Shown here piece after piece: positions 29,017 to 39,344 of a stretch of DNA of 64,000 nucleotides (position 1 is the stretch's first letter; every line of letters begins with the position of its first letter). This stretch comes from an uncultured delta proteobacterium (GTDB lineage Bacteria; Desulfobacterota; Desulfobacteria; Desulfobacterales; B30-G6), in contig CAWGLD010000001.1 of the NCBI GenBank assembly GCA_963823335.1, positions 448,001-512,000 on the forward strand. Direction: 5' to 3'. A program made the position numbers and the translations under genes. The notes under the pieces are model-generated. The model did not search any database and was not told the DNA's origin. It saw nothing but the letters and a program-made list of their open reading frames with translations.

Positions 29017-29772
29017 CTAGTATGGATTGATGTAGCCCCCGGATACCCGCACAATCTGACCCGTGATGTAAGAAGACTCATCCGACGACAAAAAAGCAAC
29101 GGCAGCTGCAATTTCATCCGGCAGGCCCAGTCGCCTGAGGGGGGTCAGTGCCATCACACGATCCATCATTTTACTGTTTTCTTTCAGCGACTGGTTCATT
29201 TCTGTATCGATGGAACCCGGAGCCACGGCATTAACTCTGATGCCGTAACGGGCTTCCTCCTTTGCCAATGAGACCGTAAAAGAAACAATGGCCGATTTTA
29301 TGGCGCTGTAAAGGCCGAAACTGGAAACATGATCGAAAGCAAACGTGGAGCTCATATTTACAATGGCTCCCTGACCGGTGGGCCGGATTAAAGGCAGCAG
29401 CATTTTGGTCATCAGGTAAGGACCTTTTAGGTTGACGGCCACATTCCGATCAAAATCAGCTTCATCCATATCCGCCCATTTTGAAGCCGAAAGAATACCG
29501 GCATTGTTAACCAAAATATCGATCTTTCCAAATCTGGATCGAAGTTCTTCAGCCAGTTCCGAAACATCAGCCGTCTTTGAAATATCGCATGTCATGGGAG
29601 TGGCCATACCATTGGCAGCACAAATGCTTTGGGCACATGCATCGGCTGTTTCTGCTTGAATGTCGGTAACAATTACCTGCGCACCGTCGGTAGCCAAACG
29701 TCTGCATATGGCAGCTCCAATGCCTTGACCGCCTCCCGTCACCAGGGCAATCCTGTCGGATAAAGCACTCAT
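29017..29772 (-). CDS. Short-chain dehydrogenase/reductase (FabG-like)
   Basis: TGGGQGIG, NNAG, YSAIK. Confidence 0.92.
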   Translation of the reverse strand: MSALSDRIALVTGGGQGIGAAICRRLATDGAQVIVTDIQAETADACAQSICAANGMATPMTCDISKTADVSELAEELRSRFGKIDILVNNAGILSASKWADMDEADFDRNVAVNLKGPYLMTKMLLPLIRPTGQGAIVNMSSTFAFDHVSSFGLYSAIKSAIVSFTVSLAKEEARYGIRVNAVAPGSIDTEMNQSLKENSKMMDRVMALTPLRRLGLPDEIAAAVAFLSSDESSYITGQIVRVSGGYINPY

Positions 29773-29774
29773 GA

Positions 29775-30680
29775 TTAATCCTTTTTTGCGGCGCAAGGGG
29801 CTGGGGCCACTTTAGATCCATCTGCATTATACGCATACCAGCCAGTGCCCGTCTTTTTTCCCAGCCTGCCAGCTTTGACCATGCGACGCAAAAGGACTGG
29901 TGGCAGATATTTGGGGTCTTTGGTTTCAGCATAAATGGCGTCGCAGGCGTTCAAGGTCACATCCAGACCAACCAGATCACCCAGTTCAAAAATTCCCATG
30001 GGGCGACCAAACGCCAGTTTGACACCCTGATCCACATCTTCGATGGTCGCAACCCCCTGTTCCACCATGCGTATGGCTTCCAGATTTGATGGAAGATTAA
30101 TGCGGTTCAAAAGAAACCCCGGAATATCATGATTGACCACGATGGGTCGTTTCTCAAGAGACACGATAAACTGCGTTGTAACATCCATGGTATCATCACT
30201 CGTTTCCATACCCCGCACAACTTCAACGGCTTTTAGCATCGGTACAGGATTGAAAAAGTGAATCCCGATGACACGTTCGGGCTTGATGGCTGAAGCAGCG
30301 AGCGCCGTAATCGAAATGGCCGAGGTGTTGGTTCCGATGATGGCGGCGGGATCAATGACCTGAGATAATTCTTGGATAATACCCGTTTTGACCTCAATAT
30401 CCTCATAGACAGCCTCTATGGCCATATCGGCATTACCGCAGGCCGCCAGTTCCTGGCTGTATTCTATCCGCGCCATTATGGTCGACACTGACTCGGACAA
30501 CTTTTTTTTATGGGCAAAGCGACCCAGTGAATTATTGATACTATCTTTGGCCCGATCCAATTGTTGCGGGTCAAGATCAACGAGCGTTACACGGTATCGG
30601 GCAACGGCGCAAACCTGGGCGATACCGGCGCCCATGGTACCTGCACCCACCACGCTTATTTGCTTTAAATTCAATACCAA
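29775..30680 (-). CDS. 3-hydroxyacyl-CoA dehydrogenase
   Basis: GAGTMGAG, IEAVYE, TNTSA, GIHFFNP, PGFLLNR. Confidence 0.92.
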   Translation of the reverse strand: MVLNLKQISVVGAGTMGAGIAQVCAVARYRVTLVDLDPQQLDRAKDSINNSLGRFAHKKKLSESVSTIMARIEYSQELAACGNADMAIEAVYEDIEVKTGIIQELSQVIDPAAIIGTNTSAISITALAASAIKPERVIGIHFFNPVPMLKAVEVVRGMETSDDTMDVTTQFIVSLEKRPIVVNHDIPGFLLNRINLPSNLEAIRMVEQGVATIEDVDQGVKLAFGRPMGIFELGDLVGLDVTLNACDAIYAETKDPKYLPPVLLRRMVKAGRLGKKTGTGWYAYNADGSKVAPAPCAAKKD

Positions 30681-30761
30681 CTCCTTTACCTTACCAAGCC
30701 TGGAAAAAGATGCTTTGTTATATTTTTAAACCATTAGTTTTTTTTTGAACCAATATTCTAA

Positions 30762-30790
30762 ACTATAATCAAAACCGATATTCCTGTCAA
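30762..30790 (-). promoter_or_regulatory. Sigma70-like promoter for the operon starting at 30680
   Basis: TTGACA-17 nt-TATAGT on the minus strand. Confidence 0.7.
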
Positions 30791-30824
30791 GATAATTCCA
30801 GTACCTGATCGTATAGGACTGCCA

Positions 30825-30878
30825 TATCGAACAACCCCGCAGCAAGCGACGGGATTAGCGTTCACTCTCCCGGTTCAA
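30825..30878 (+). repeat. REP/MITE-like element family A, degenerate copy overlapping the aminotransferase stop codon
   Basis: gaacaaccccgcagcaagcgacgggattagcgttcactctcccggttcaa. Confidence 0.6.
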
Positions 30879-32032
30879 ACACCGGTACACGCCTTATAAA
30901 AGCGGCACATCCGCTGGATTCCTTCCTCGACATCCTCCTTGTTTGCGCAATATGAAATACGGATGATTTGATCAGACTTGGGACCAAACGTCAGACCTGG
31001 CGCGATGGCAACGCCCGTGGCATCAAGCAATTGGGTAGAAAAATCGTAGGAGCCAAGACCGGTATCGGAGATACCAAGCATCAGATAAAAAGCGCCTTGG
31101 GGCATTGAATAACCAATACCAGCCTTTTCCAGAGCATCCACACAGATGTCTTTGCGTTCCGCATAAGACCTCACCATCTCTGCAATACAGTCTTGAGGCC
31201 CTGTCAGGGCTGCCTGGGCAGCAATCTGTGAAACCGAAGACGCACAGGACAGGTAGCTCTCGATGGCTCTGCCCATGGCCTTGGCCACGGGTTGCGGGGC
31301 TACATAGTAACCGATACGCCAACCCGTCATGGCATAGGTTTTGGACGTGGCAAAAATAGAGATAACCCGACCATCCGGATCCAATGATGCCGGTGAAAAG
31401 TGCTCCCCTTCGTAGAGGATACGTTCATAGACCTCATCGGAAATAAGATAGATGTCATGTTTCTCACACATCTCCAGCAGGTCTTGCATGACCTGACGGG
31501 AAAAAACAGCCCCTGTGGGATTCCCCGGCGAATTAATGACGATACCCCGTGTTCTTGAGGATATCATGGATTCGATGCCGGAAATATCGGGCTGAAAATT
31601 TGAATCCAGGGAGAGATGATAATATACGGGCTTCAGACCGATGACCACCGATTGGGTATGATAGTTCGGCCAGCCTGGATCAGGGATCAGGATTTCATCC
31701 CCTTTTTCACTGATGGCCATCATGGCAGCAGCTACGGCAAAAACACCACCGGGGGTTACACCGATTTGTTCAAACTTAGCATCAATATTGTTTTCTTTCG
31801 TCACTTTTTCCAGGATGGCTTCACGCAAAGACGGCATACCCGCGTGGGTTGTGTAATGCGTCTTTCCCTCTCTGATGGCAGAGATAGCTGCCTCCTGGAT
31901 GTGCGCCGGTGTATCAAACCCGGGATCACCGATTTCCAGGTGGTACGATTCCTCCAATAAAACAGCTTTGTCCAGAATCATACGGATACCGGAGCGTGTT
32001 AAATTAGATAGATTTTTTGATATCGTTCGCAT
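30875..32032 (-). CDS. PLP-dependent aminotransferase class I/II
   Basis: NSPGNPTG, SDEVY, SKTYAMTGWRIG. Confidence 0.93.
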   Translation of the reverse strand: MRTISKNLSNLTRSGIRMILDKAVLLEESYHLEIGDPGFDTPAHIQEAAISAIREGKTHYTTHAGMPSLREAILEKVTKENNIDAKFEQIGVTPGGVFAVAAAMMAISEKGDEILIPDPGWPNYHTQSVVIGLKPVYYHLSLDSNFQPDISGIESMISSRTRGIVINSPGNPTGAVFSRQVMQDLLEMCEKHDIYLISDEVYERILYEGEHFSPASLDPDGRVISIFATSKTYAMTGWRIGYYVAPQPVAKAMGRAIESYLSCASSVSQIAAQAALTGPQDCIAEMVRSYAERKDICVDALEKAGIGYSMPQGAFYLMLGISDTGLGSYDFSTQLLDATGVAIAPGLTFGPKSDQIIRISYCANKEDVEEGIQRMCRFYKACTGV

Positions 32033-32050
32033 GGCTTCCTCCCTATTATT

Positions 32051-33322
32051 TTATGAATCTTTATTTGAAGTTACGGCAGTTTTTGGCTCTCGGCTGAACC
32101 AATACAGGATCAAGGCAATCAGAATAGCAAAAAAGCAGACACTGAAACCCATCTGGAAATCTCCCCCTGAAATGGTATCGGCAGGTCTGCCATGATCCAG
32201 GATATGCCCCAGGGCATGCAGAAAAATGCCACCGCCAATAGCTGAAAACAGGTTGACACCGGTAAATGAGACACCTGTCATTTCCGGCGGCATCATGGTC
32301 TTGATATGGGCGAAAAGAAGACTGGCAAACGGGGCAAAAAAACCCAGAATAAACAGAACCATGGCCAGCAGCAACAGATGAACAGGCCCCGGCCAGAGCA
32401 CCAGCAGAAGAATGGCCGACGCCAGGAAACACAAGCTGATGAGGCCGGTTCGCCGGGCAGACCTCAAAACTCGATCCGCCAGCAAACCGCCTATGGGTGC
32501 ACCAACAATAGCACCGATATTCAAAAAAAGCAGCAGATTGCCGGCTTTGAGCACCGGAAGACCCAGATGAAATATCAGGTAGGGCCCCGCCCACAGCGCC
32601 TGGATTGCGGTAAATACCCCATCCCGCAATCCCATTGTCAGAGCGATGATCCAGAAATTCAAATTCCCGAAAAGCTTTAGCAATCCTTGCCACTGGAAAG
32701 CGTCCTGTTTTTCGGTATGAACGCAGGGAGGAGAAATCTCATCCCTTGGTGTATCATGCACCCATAAGAAAAAGCAGATCACCAGAATAAAGTTGATTGC
32801 GGCCAAAACCATGAAACCGCTTCGCCAGCCGATTTCATCCACCAGTAATCGAAAGGGGCTCGTGGCCAACAGACCACCGAGAGAAGCGATAGAAATCGTC
32901 ACACCTGTTATGCTTGCAAATTGATGCGGTTTGAACCAGACCGTATAAAGCTTCAGGGATCCCATCATATTAACGGACATGCCCAGACCCAAAAGAATCC
33001 TGGCCATCAACGCGTCATTGATTCCATGAGATCTGGCAAACAACAAGGCCCCCAGTGTGCCCACTATATTCATGCAGATCAGCACCCGCCGTGATCCGAA
33101 TTTATCCAGCAGCAATCCCATGGGTAGTTGCGCAGCCGCAAAGGCATAAAAAAAAACGGACCCCAGGAGGCCCAGGTTTTCAATACTCAGATGGAGATCA
33201 CCCATCAAATCCGGAGAGATGATCACCGTGGATGCGCGAAACAACATGGCCATCATAAAAAGCAAGGAACAATTGATAACCATTAGCCAGCGACTTGCTT
33301 TTGCCGTTCTCATATCATTCAT
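32051..33322 (-). CDS. MFS transporter
   Basis: About 12 TM segments, GLLLDKFGSRR motif A. Confidence 0.9.
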   Translation of the reverse strand: MNDMRTAKASRWLMVINCSLLFMMAMLFRASTVIISPDLMGDLHLSIENLGLLGSVFFYAFAAAQLPMGLLLDKFGSRRVLICMNIVGTLGALLFARSHGINDALMARILLGLGMSVNMMGSLKLYTVWFKPHQFASITGVTISIASLGGLLATSPFRLLVDEIGWRSGFMVLAAINFILVICFFLWVHDTPRDEISPPCVHTEKQDAFQWQGLLKLFGNLNFWIIALTMGLRDGVFTAIQALWAGPYLIFHLGLPVLKAGNLLLFLNIGAIVGAPIGGLLADRVLRSARRTGLISLCFLASAILLLVLWPGPVHLLLLAMVLFILGFFAPFASLLFAHIKTMMPPEMTGVSFTGVNLFSAIGGGIFLHALGHILDHGRPADTISGGDFQMGFSVCFFAILIALILYWFSREPKTAVTSNKDS

Positions 33323-33379
33323 GCTTCACTTGAAAAGTACCCTGCTGATAACCACAGGGAATCTCCCCGGTAAAGAGTT

Positions 33380-33440
33380 GACTCAAGTTTCTAAATTCAG
33401 CGAATGCGAAATGAATAATCCCCGCGACAGCCGTCGGGGA
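33380..33440 (+). repeat. Repeat family C copy with GC hairpin
   Basis: 33380-33423 matches the reverse complement of 62547-62590 at 36/44 nt; followed by the ccccg...cgggga hairpin. Confidence 0.6.
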
Positions 33441-33478
33441 CTGCGTTTGTCATTACCAGTCAACCTCGAAACATCGGC

Positions 33479-34717
33479 TTACGTGTCAGCAGTCAGGTTA
33501 TCGCGAGTGAAAGCGTAAAACCCTGCCGAAATGATCAGGGTGCCAGCACACAGCCAGAAGGCCAGGGGATAGTTTTTAGCCGCATATAGACTGCCGGCAG
33601 TACCCCGTCCGACAAAACCCCCCATTCCATGCATGAAAATGCCGCCACCCATCATGGAAAAAAAATTGGTGATGGCAAAAGCCCGGCCGGACAACTCCGG
33701 TTTTATCAAGGTCTTGATATGGGCGAAGGCAATATGGCCGAATCCGCCGAACATACCAAAAAAAAATAGAAATCCGGCCAGCAGGATGATCCGGTCCGGA
33801 CCATCTTCATTGGCAAGACCCACAAGACACAACACCATAAAAATGAGACCGGCCAGCATGATACGCTTGGGACGCCCTATAATACGATCATTAAAAAAAC
33901 CCGACAGCGGTCCGCCCAGAATGAAACCGATATTGAGTAACAGCAGTAAGTGGGCTGCCAATACAATCGGAACCTTTAAATACAGAATCAAAAATGGTCC
34001 GGCCCACAGTGATTGAACCGCAGCATAGACCCCGTATCGCAAACCAGCCATTACGGAGATGCACACATAGGAAAAATCAGTGAACAACGTCCGGCAGGTT
34101 TCCAAAACCGACAGGCGGTTTTGACTGCCTGGGGCCAATCTCGCGCGGGTTCCTTGGCCGGGATCGTCCTGGACAATATAGTAAAATGCCACGGTAAGAA
34201 TAAACGTAATCAGTGCCAATACAACAAAAACCATCCGCCAGCCTATGACTGCTACAAGGATGTGAAGTGGACTCGTGGCCAGAAGTCCCCCCAAAGCACC
34301 AATACCAAAGGTCAATCCGGCAACGCTGGCAAATTCAGATGGTTTGAACCAGGTAACATATAAGGTCAGGGAGCCTACGATATTAGCGGACATACCTAAG
34401 CCCAGCAGGGACCTACCCAACAAACCTGTTCCACGTCCCTGTGCCGCCGCAAAAATAAGCGCACCCAGCACCGCCGTCATATTCAGGAAAAACATGATAC
34501 GTTTGGGCCGCATCTGGTCGAGGAAAAAACCCAATGGCAGCTGGGCCAACCCAAAAACATAAAAGAAGATGGCACCCAGCAGTCCCAGGTCCTGGGGGCT
34601 GAGGTTTAAATCATGGCTGATCTCAGGTGCGATGAGAACAATGGACGCCCGGTATAGCATTGACATCACGAACAATAGCGAGCACACACTAAATATAAGC
34701 CACCGATTGGTCTTCAT
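33479..34717 (-). CDS. MFS transporter (paralog of 32051-33322)
   Basis: About 12 TM segments, shared Q-x-LWAGP motif. Confidence 0.9.
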   Translation of the reverse strand: MKTNRWLIFSVCSLLFVMSMLYRASIVLIAPEISHDLNLSPQDLGLLGAIFFYVFGLAQLPLGFFLDQMRPKRIMFFLNMTAVLGALIFAAAQGRGTGLLGRSLLGLGMSANIVGSLTLYVTWFKPSEFASVAGLTFGIGALGGLLATSPLHILVAVIGWRMVFVVLALITFILTVAFYYIVQDDPGQGTRARLAPGSQNRLSVLETCRTLFTDFSYVCISVMAGLRYGVYAAVQSLWAGPFLILYLKVPIVLAAHLLLLLNIGFILGGPLSGFFNDRIIGRPKRIMLAGLIFMVLCLVGLANEDGPDRIILLAGFLFFFGMFGGFGHIAFAHIKTLIKPELSGRAFAITNFFSMMGGGIFMHGMGGFVGRGTAGSLYAAKNYPLAFWLCAGTLIISAGFYAFTRDNLTADT

Positions 34718-34798
34718 TGTCTGGTATGATCTGAAGGGTGCTTGTGGACTTTCAATACTGCCGCACGCCCTGTGTGCCGGCAGCCTACATAGGAAGAA

Positions 34799-36001
34799 TC
34801 ATGTCATCCGCTCAAGAATGGTCGCCAGCCCCTGTCCACCACCGATGCACAACGTGGCCAGGCCGTACGTCCCCTTGCAGCGCTCTAGTTGGTTGGTGAT
34901 TGTAAGCGCCAGCCGGGCACCGGTCATTCCGTTGGGATGCCCCAATGCAATCGCTCCGCCATTCGGGTTCAGCCGTTCATCATCCGGGGCAATATGATGC
35001 TTCTGTCTGTCCAATTCACGAATATCCGCCAAGACCTGGGCAGCAAATGCCTCATTAATTTCAACCACACTCATGTCGTCCATTTTCAGGCCGGCTTGAT
35101 CCAGGGCTTTTGGTACGGCATAGGCCGGGCCAATGCCCATCAACTTGGGATCGACACCCACCGTTGCACAGGTTACAAAACGGGCCTTAGGTTTGTAGCC
35201 CAGTTCTTCAGCCTTTTGAAGAGACATAAGCAAAAGAGCTGCAGCACCGTCATTTCGACCCGTGGCGGTTCCCGCTGTTACGGTACCGTCTTTCTTAAAG
35301 GCTGGTTTTAAATTTGACAACTTTTCCAGAGTGGTATTCCGCGGGTGTTCATCGACCATAAAGTCAACGGGCGGTCCTTTTCGTTGAGGGCTTTTGACCG
35401 CAACTATTTCCTCTTCGAAAACCCCTGCCTGCATCGCCCGAGCATATCTTGTCTGGCTTTGAAACCCAAAGGCATCCTGTTCCTGACGCGTGATGTCATA
35501 CATCTCGGCCAGGGACTCAGCCGTGAGTCCCATAACCACATGATCCGGAGGGGGTGCTGTTTCGCGGGAAATGATTTGAGGCGGCTTAAACGAGTAGGCA
35601 CCATCCGAACGTGCAATCATCCAAGGCGTCTGACTCCAGCATTCCATCCCACCGACAACAAAAATTTCTCCAAAACCAGCCATTATTTGGATAGCGGCAA
35701 AATTCAGGGCCTGAAGTCCGGATGCACAAGCCCTCTCCACCGTTACCGCTGGAACGCTATAAGGCAGACCAGCCTTGAGTGCTGCCCATCGGGCAGGATG
35801 GTAGGCCGTATGCCATGAATTTGAGAGCCCCATCAACACGTCGTCGATTTTCTCTGGATCAACTTTCGTCTTATCGATTAATGCTTTAATGGCAAATGCA
35901 CCCAGTTCCTCTGGCCGAAAGGTCGCCAGACTCCCCCCCATTCTACCGATCGGTGTGCGTACGCCATCGACGATCACAGCCATATTTTTCTGATTGCCCA
36001 T
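34799..36001 (-). CDS. Thiolase
   Basis: RTPIG, CASG, NEAFA, GHPNGMTG, CIGGGQG. Confidence 0.93.
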   Translation of the reverse strand: MGNQKNMAVIVDGVRTPIGRMGGSLATFRPEELGAFAIKALIDKTKVDPEKIDDVLMGLSNSWHTAYHPARWAALKAGLPYSVPAVTVERACASGLQALNFAAIQIMAGFGEIFVVGGMECWSQTPWMIARSDGAYSFKPPQIISRETAPPPDHVVMGLTAESLAEMYDITRQEQDAFGFQSQTRYARAMQAGVFEEEIVAVKSPQRKGPPVDFMVDEHPRNTTLEKLSNLKPAFKKDGTVTAGTATGRNDGAAALLLMSLQKAEELGYKPKARFVTCATVGVDPKLMGIGPAYAVPKALDQAGLKMDDMSVVEINEAFAAQVLADIRELDRQKHHIAPDDERLNPNGGAIALGHPNGMTGARLALTITNQLERCKGTYGLATLCIGGGQGLATILERMT

Positions 36002-36004
36002 ATA

Positions 36005-36772
36005 TTACCGTCCTTTCCAATTGGGTTTGCGTTTTTCCAAAAAGGCCTTGGCACCTTCCTGACAGTCATCTGTATTGCGGATGATCGTGGCCATTTCGCA
36101 AAGGTACTCCAGGGCCTGGGGGTATGGCAAGTCACTGGATACCCGGATGGAATCAAGCCCCAGACCAAAAACGGAACTACTTTTCTCAGACAATGTAGCC
36201 GCTATATTGGCAACCGTCTCATCCAGAGCCTCCGGTGCAACAACAGTGTTGACCAGACCCATCTCCAGCGCTTCCTGCGCATCGAGGATCTCTCCCAGGA
36301 GAATCATTTTCATGGCCGCCTTTTTGGGAATTGCGCGTAAAATACCGGCCATGACCATGTTGGGAAAAGCACCTACGTTGATTTCCGGGGTTCCGAAACG
36401 GGCCGTGGTAGAAGCGACGGCCAGATGTGACAAGGTCACCAGGGCCATACCACCTGCCACGGCAGCGCCATTGATCTTTGCAACCACCGGCTTCTGCGTC
36501 TCGTATAACGCCATGCAGAGATCCCGGTAGGAGGCGTTCTGCTTCCGCTGGTTCACGATGCCTGGCCGATCGAATTCTCCAAGATCGGCCCCGGCACAAA
36601 AAGCTTTCTGCCCGCTCCCGGTAATAACGATCACACGTATATCCGTGTCTGCATTCAACTCTCTTAAAGAGAATGTCAGATCCGCCATGGCCTGAATACT
36701 CAGGCGATTACGCTTTTCTGGGTTGTTCAGGGTAATTGTGGCGACCGCATCCTGCCGATATACTTCTATCAT
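36005..36772 (-). CDS. Enoyl-CoA hydratase/isomerase
   Basis: FCAGADL, INGAAVAGG, FGTPEINVG. Confidence 0.9.
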   Translation of the reverse strand: MIEVYRQDAVATITLNNPEKRNRLSIQAMADLTFSLRELNADTDIRVIVITGSGQKAFCAGADLGEFDRPGIVNQRKQNASYRDLCMALYETQKPVVAKINGAAVAGGMALVTLSHLAVASTTARFGTPEINVGAFPNMVMAGILRAIPKKAAMKMILLGEILDAQEALEMGLVNTVVAPEALDETVANIAATLSEKSSSVFGLGLDSIRVSSDLPYPQALEYLCEMATIIRNTDDCQEGAKAFLEKRKPNWKGR

Positions 36773-36902
36773 GATATTCTCCAGGCTGATGGGTTATTTC
36801 AGCAAAATCACGTTCATCTATGGTTTCCCTATCCGGTCTCCAAAAAAAATGGGAAAACGAACTATATGATTCCAAGAAAATAGCCTGTTGATAAATTTGT
36901 GG

Positions 36903-37670
36903 TTAAGATGTGTAGTTCGCCTGCCCGCCATCGATACAAATTATTTCACCGGTCATGTAGTCGCAAGCCTCACTCGCGAGATAAACAGATAGGGGGCCTA
37001 TTTCCGGTGGATTCCCAACACGCCCTATCGGTATCCGCTTCAGAACCTGTCTCCTCATATCGGGATTCCCCAAAACAGCTGCCGGCATGTCGGTGTCAAA
37101 GTAACCGGGCGCTATTCCATTGACACGAATACCATATCCGGCCCACTCAAATGCCAGGTTTCGAATCATCTGTGAAAGACCGGCCTTACTGACAACATAC
37201 GCCAAGCAGTAGGGCAGCACACGTTCAGCAAACGCTGAACCAATCAGAATAATACGACCACCGCCATTCTGCTTCATTTTTTTGGCAACTTCGCGGCAGG
37301 TCACATACGCACCTGTAAGATTGGTTTTCAAGACAAGCTCCCAATCCGTAAGTGGTATGTCGAGGGAAGACCCGGTATGCATCATCCCGGAACAGTAAAA
37401 AAGAATATCGATACGGCCAAATATCTCGACAGTTCTGTTGACGAGAGCAAGCACCTGTCGCTCCTGGGTAACATCGGTGGGTATCCCGATGGATTGTCTG
37501 CCCAAGTCATTGACGGCATCGACAGTTTCTTGCAATTTCAAGGAATTTCTGGCGGCACATGCAACATCTGCGCCTGCTCTGGCAAGACTGAGAGCGACTT
37601 CTCGCCCCAAACCCTGGCTGGCACCCACCACCAGGGCTGTTTTATTTTCAAGGCCGAACCAATCAACCAA
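36903..37670 (-). CDS. Short-chain dehydrogenase/reductase (KduD-like)
   Basis: GASQGLG, YVVSK, VNGIAPGYFDT. Confidence 0.9.
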   Translation of the reverse strand: MVDWFGLENKTALVVGASQGLGREVALSLARAGADVACAARNSLKLQETVDAVNDLGRQSIGIPTDVTQERQVLALVNRTVEIFGRIDILFYCSGMMHTGSSLDIPLTDWELVLKTNLTGAYVTCREVAKKMKQNGGGRIILIGSAFAERVLPYCLAYVVSKAGLSQMIRNLAFEWAGYGIRVNGIAPGYFDTDMPAAVLGNPDMRRQVLKRIPIGRVGNPPEIGPLSVYLASEACDYMTGEIICIDGGQANYTS

Positions 37671-37690
37671 TGATTGCAGGCTGTCGTTTT

Positions 37691-39061
37691 TCAGAAACCG
37701 TCCTCCTGATTTTCCAAAAGATCCAGGATTTGTTGAACCAGATCGAGGTCGTATTCACCACTCACGAATTTATCATGCTGAATAACCTGCAGCAGAAATG
37801 GTTTTGTTGTTTTGACCGGTTCGATGGTTAATTCTAGCAGTGCCCGCTGCATGATACGAATGGCTTCGCCTCGCGTGCTGCCCCATGCGATCAGTTTACC
37901 CAACAACGAGTCGTAGTAAATCGGAATTTCATACCCTGAATACAGGTGCGTATCCAATCTCACACCAAATCCCCCTGGTGACCGAAACGTTTCGATGGTT
38001 CCCGGAGATGGCACAAAATCCATGGAGGGGTCTTCGGCATTGATACGGCATTCAATGGCATGACCCTGCTGCTGGATATCTGCCTGCTTAAATCCGATCC
38101 CGTTGCCCATGGCGATGGATAGCTGGGCCTTGACGAGATCCCGTCCTGTAATCATTTCCGTTACAGGATGCTCCACCTGGATGCGTGCGTTGAGCTCCAT
38201 GAAATAAAACTGATTGTCCGCATCAAGCAAAAATTCAACGGTTCCGGCATTTCTATACCCGATGGCCTTGGCAATCTTTACGGCACTTGCGTGGATGGCT
38301 TGTCTTACCTCGGGTAACAGATTCGGGGATGGTGCTTCCTCAATCAACTTCTGGTGTCGCCGCTGAACAGAGCAATTGCGTTCAAACAGATGGACGGCAT
38401 CACCTTCTCCATCGGAAAGAATCTGTACTTCGATGTGCCGGGGCCGCAGGATATATTTCTCCACATACATCGTCGGATCACCAAAGGCTGCCCGGGCTTC
38501 GGCTGCAGCCATGGCAAAGTCCTCCTTCAGATCCTGCTCATCTTTCAGAATGCGCATGCCGCGCCCGCCACCTCCGGCAGAAGCCTTCAGCATCAACGGA
38601 TAACCAATAGCGGCACAGGTCTCGATGGTCTCTTCAAGAGATGAAAATCCCTGGTCACTACCGGGCACAACAGGCACACCCGCAGCCGCAACTGTCTGCC
38701 GGGCCATCAGCTTGTCTCCGGCAAGCCGCATGTTTTCCGGCGTCGGACCGATGAAGGCTATTCCCGACTTTTCGCACAGCTCTGCAAACTCGCCATTTTC
38801 TGCAAGAAAGCCATATCCCGGGTGAATGGCGTCAGCACCAATCTCTTTGGCAAGCTCTACAATCCGGGCGGCATTCAAATAGCTTTTGGCGGCAGGCGGG
38901 GGTCCGATGAGGTGAGCTTCATCAGCCAATTCCTTATGGATACAGTCCGAGTCTGCCTCAGAATATATGGCAGCCGAGCAGATACCCAGCTCCTTGAGGC
39001 TTCGAATGATCCGCAGGGCAATTTCACCACGGTTGGCCACCAGGACCTTAGAAAACGACAT
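37691..39061 (-). CDS. accC: Biotin carboxylase
   Basis: ANRGEIA, HPGYGFLAEN, GGGGRGM, RNCSVQRRHQK, ECRINAED. Confidence 0.93.
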   Translation of the reverse strand: MSFSKVLVANRGEIALRIIRSLKELGICSAAIYSEADSDCIHKELADEAHLIGPPPAAKSYLNAARIVELAKEIGADAIHPGYGFLAENGEFAELCEKSGIAFIGPTPENMRLAGDKLMARQTVAAAGVPVVPGSDQGFSSLEETIETCAAIGYPLMLKASAGGGGRGMRILKDEQDLKEDFAMAAAEARAAFGDPTMYVEKYILRPRHIEVQILSDGEGDAVHLFERNCSVQRRHQKLIEEAPSPNLLPEVRQAIHASAVKIAKAIGYRNAGTVEFLLDADNQFYFMELNARIQVEHPVTEMITGRDLVKAQLSIAMGNGIGFKQADIQQQGHAIECRINAEDPSMDFVPSPGTIETFRSPGGFGVRLDTHLYSGYEIPIYYDSLLGKLIAWGSTRGEAIRIMQRALLELTIEPVKTTKPFLLQVIQHDKFVSGEYDLDLVQQILDLLENQEDGF

Positions 39062-39072
39062 AAGCGAAATCC

Positions 39073-39321
39073 TTAGGATTGAATCTTCATTATAACTTGA
39101 TTTTTCCCAACGGTATCTTCATCACCGATATGAATTTCAGCTACCGTTCCGTCAACGGGAGACTTCACTTTGGTAAAAACCTTCATGGTCTCCAACAAAC
39201 AAAGTGTTGCCCCCTTTTTGACCTGGCTGCCCTCTTCGACAAAGAATGGTTGATCCGGAGCTGGTTTTCGATACAAAACACCCGATAGGGGAGACATCAC
39301 GGAAATCAAATTTTCAGACAT
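39073..39321 (-). CDS. accB: Biotin carboxyl carrier protein (minimal)
   Basis: SPLSG, ETMKV biotinylation-site variant. Confidence 0.85.
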   Translation of the reverse strand: MSENLISVMSPLSGVLYRKPAPDQPFFVEEGSQVKKGATLCLLETMKVFTKVKSPVDGTVAEIHIGDEDTVGKNQVIMKIQS

Positions 39322-39344
39322 TGATCACCTCATGTAGCGGAGTA

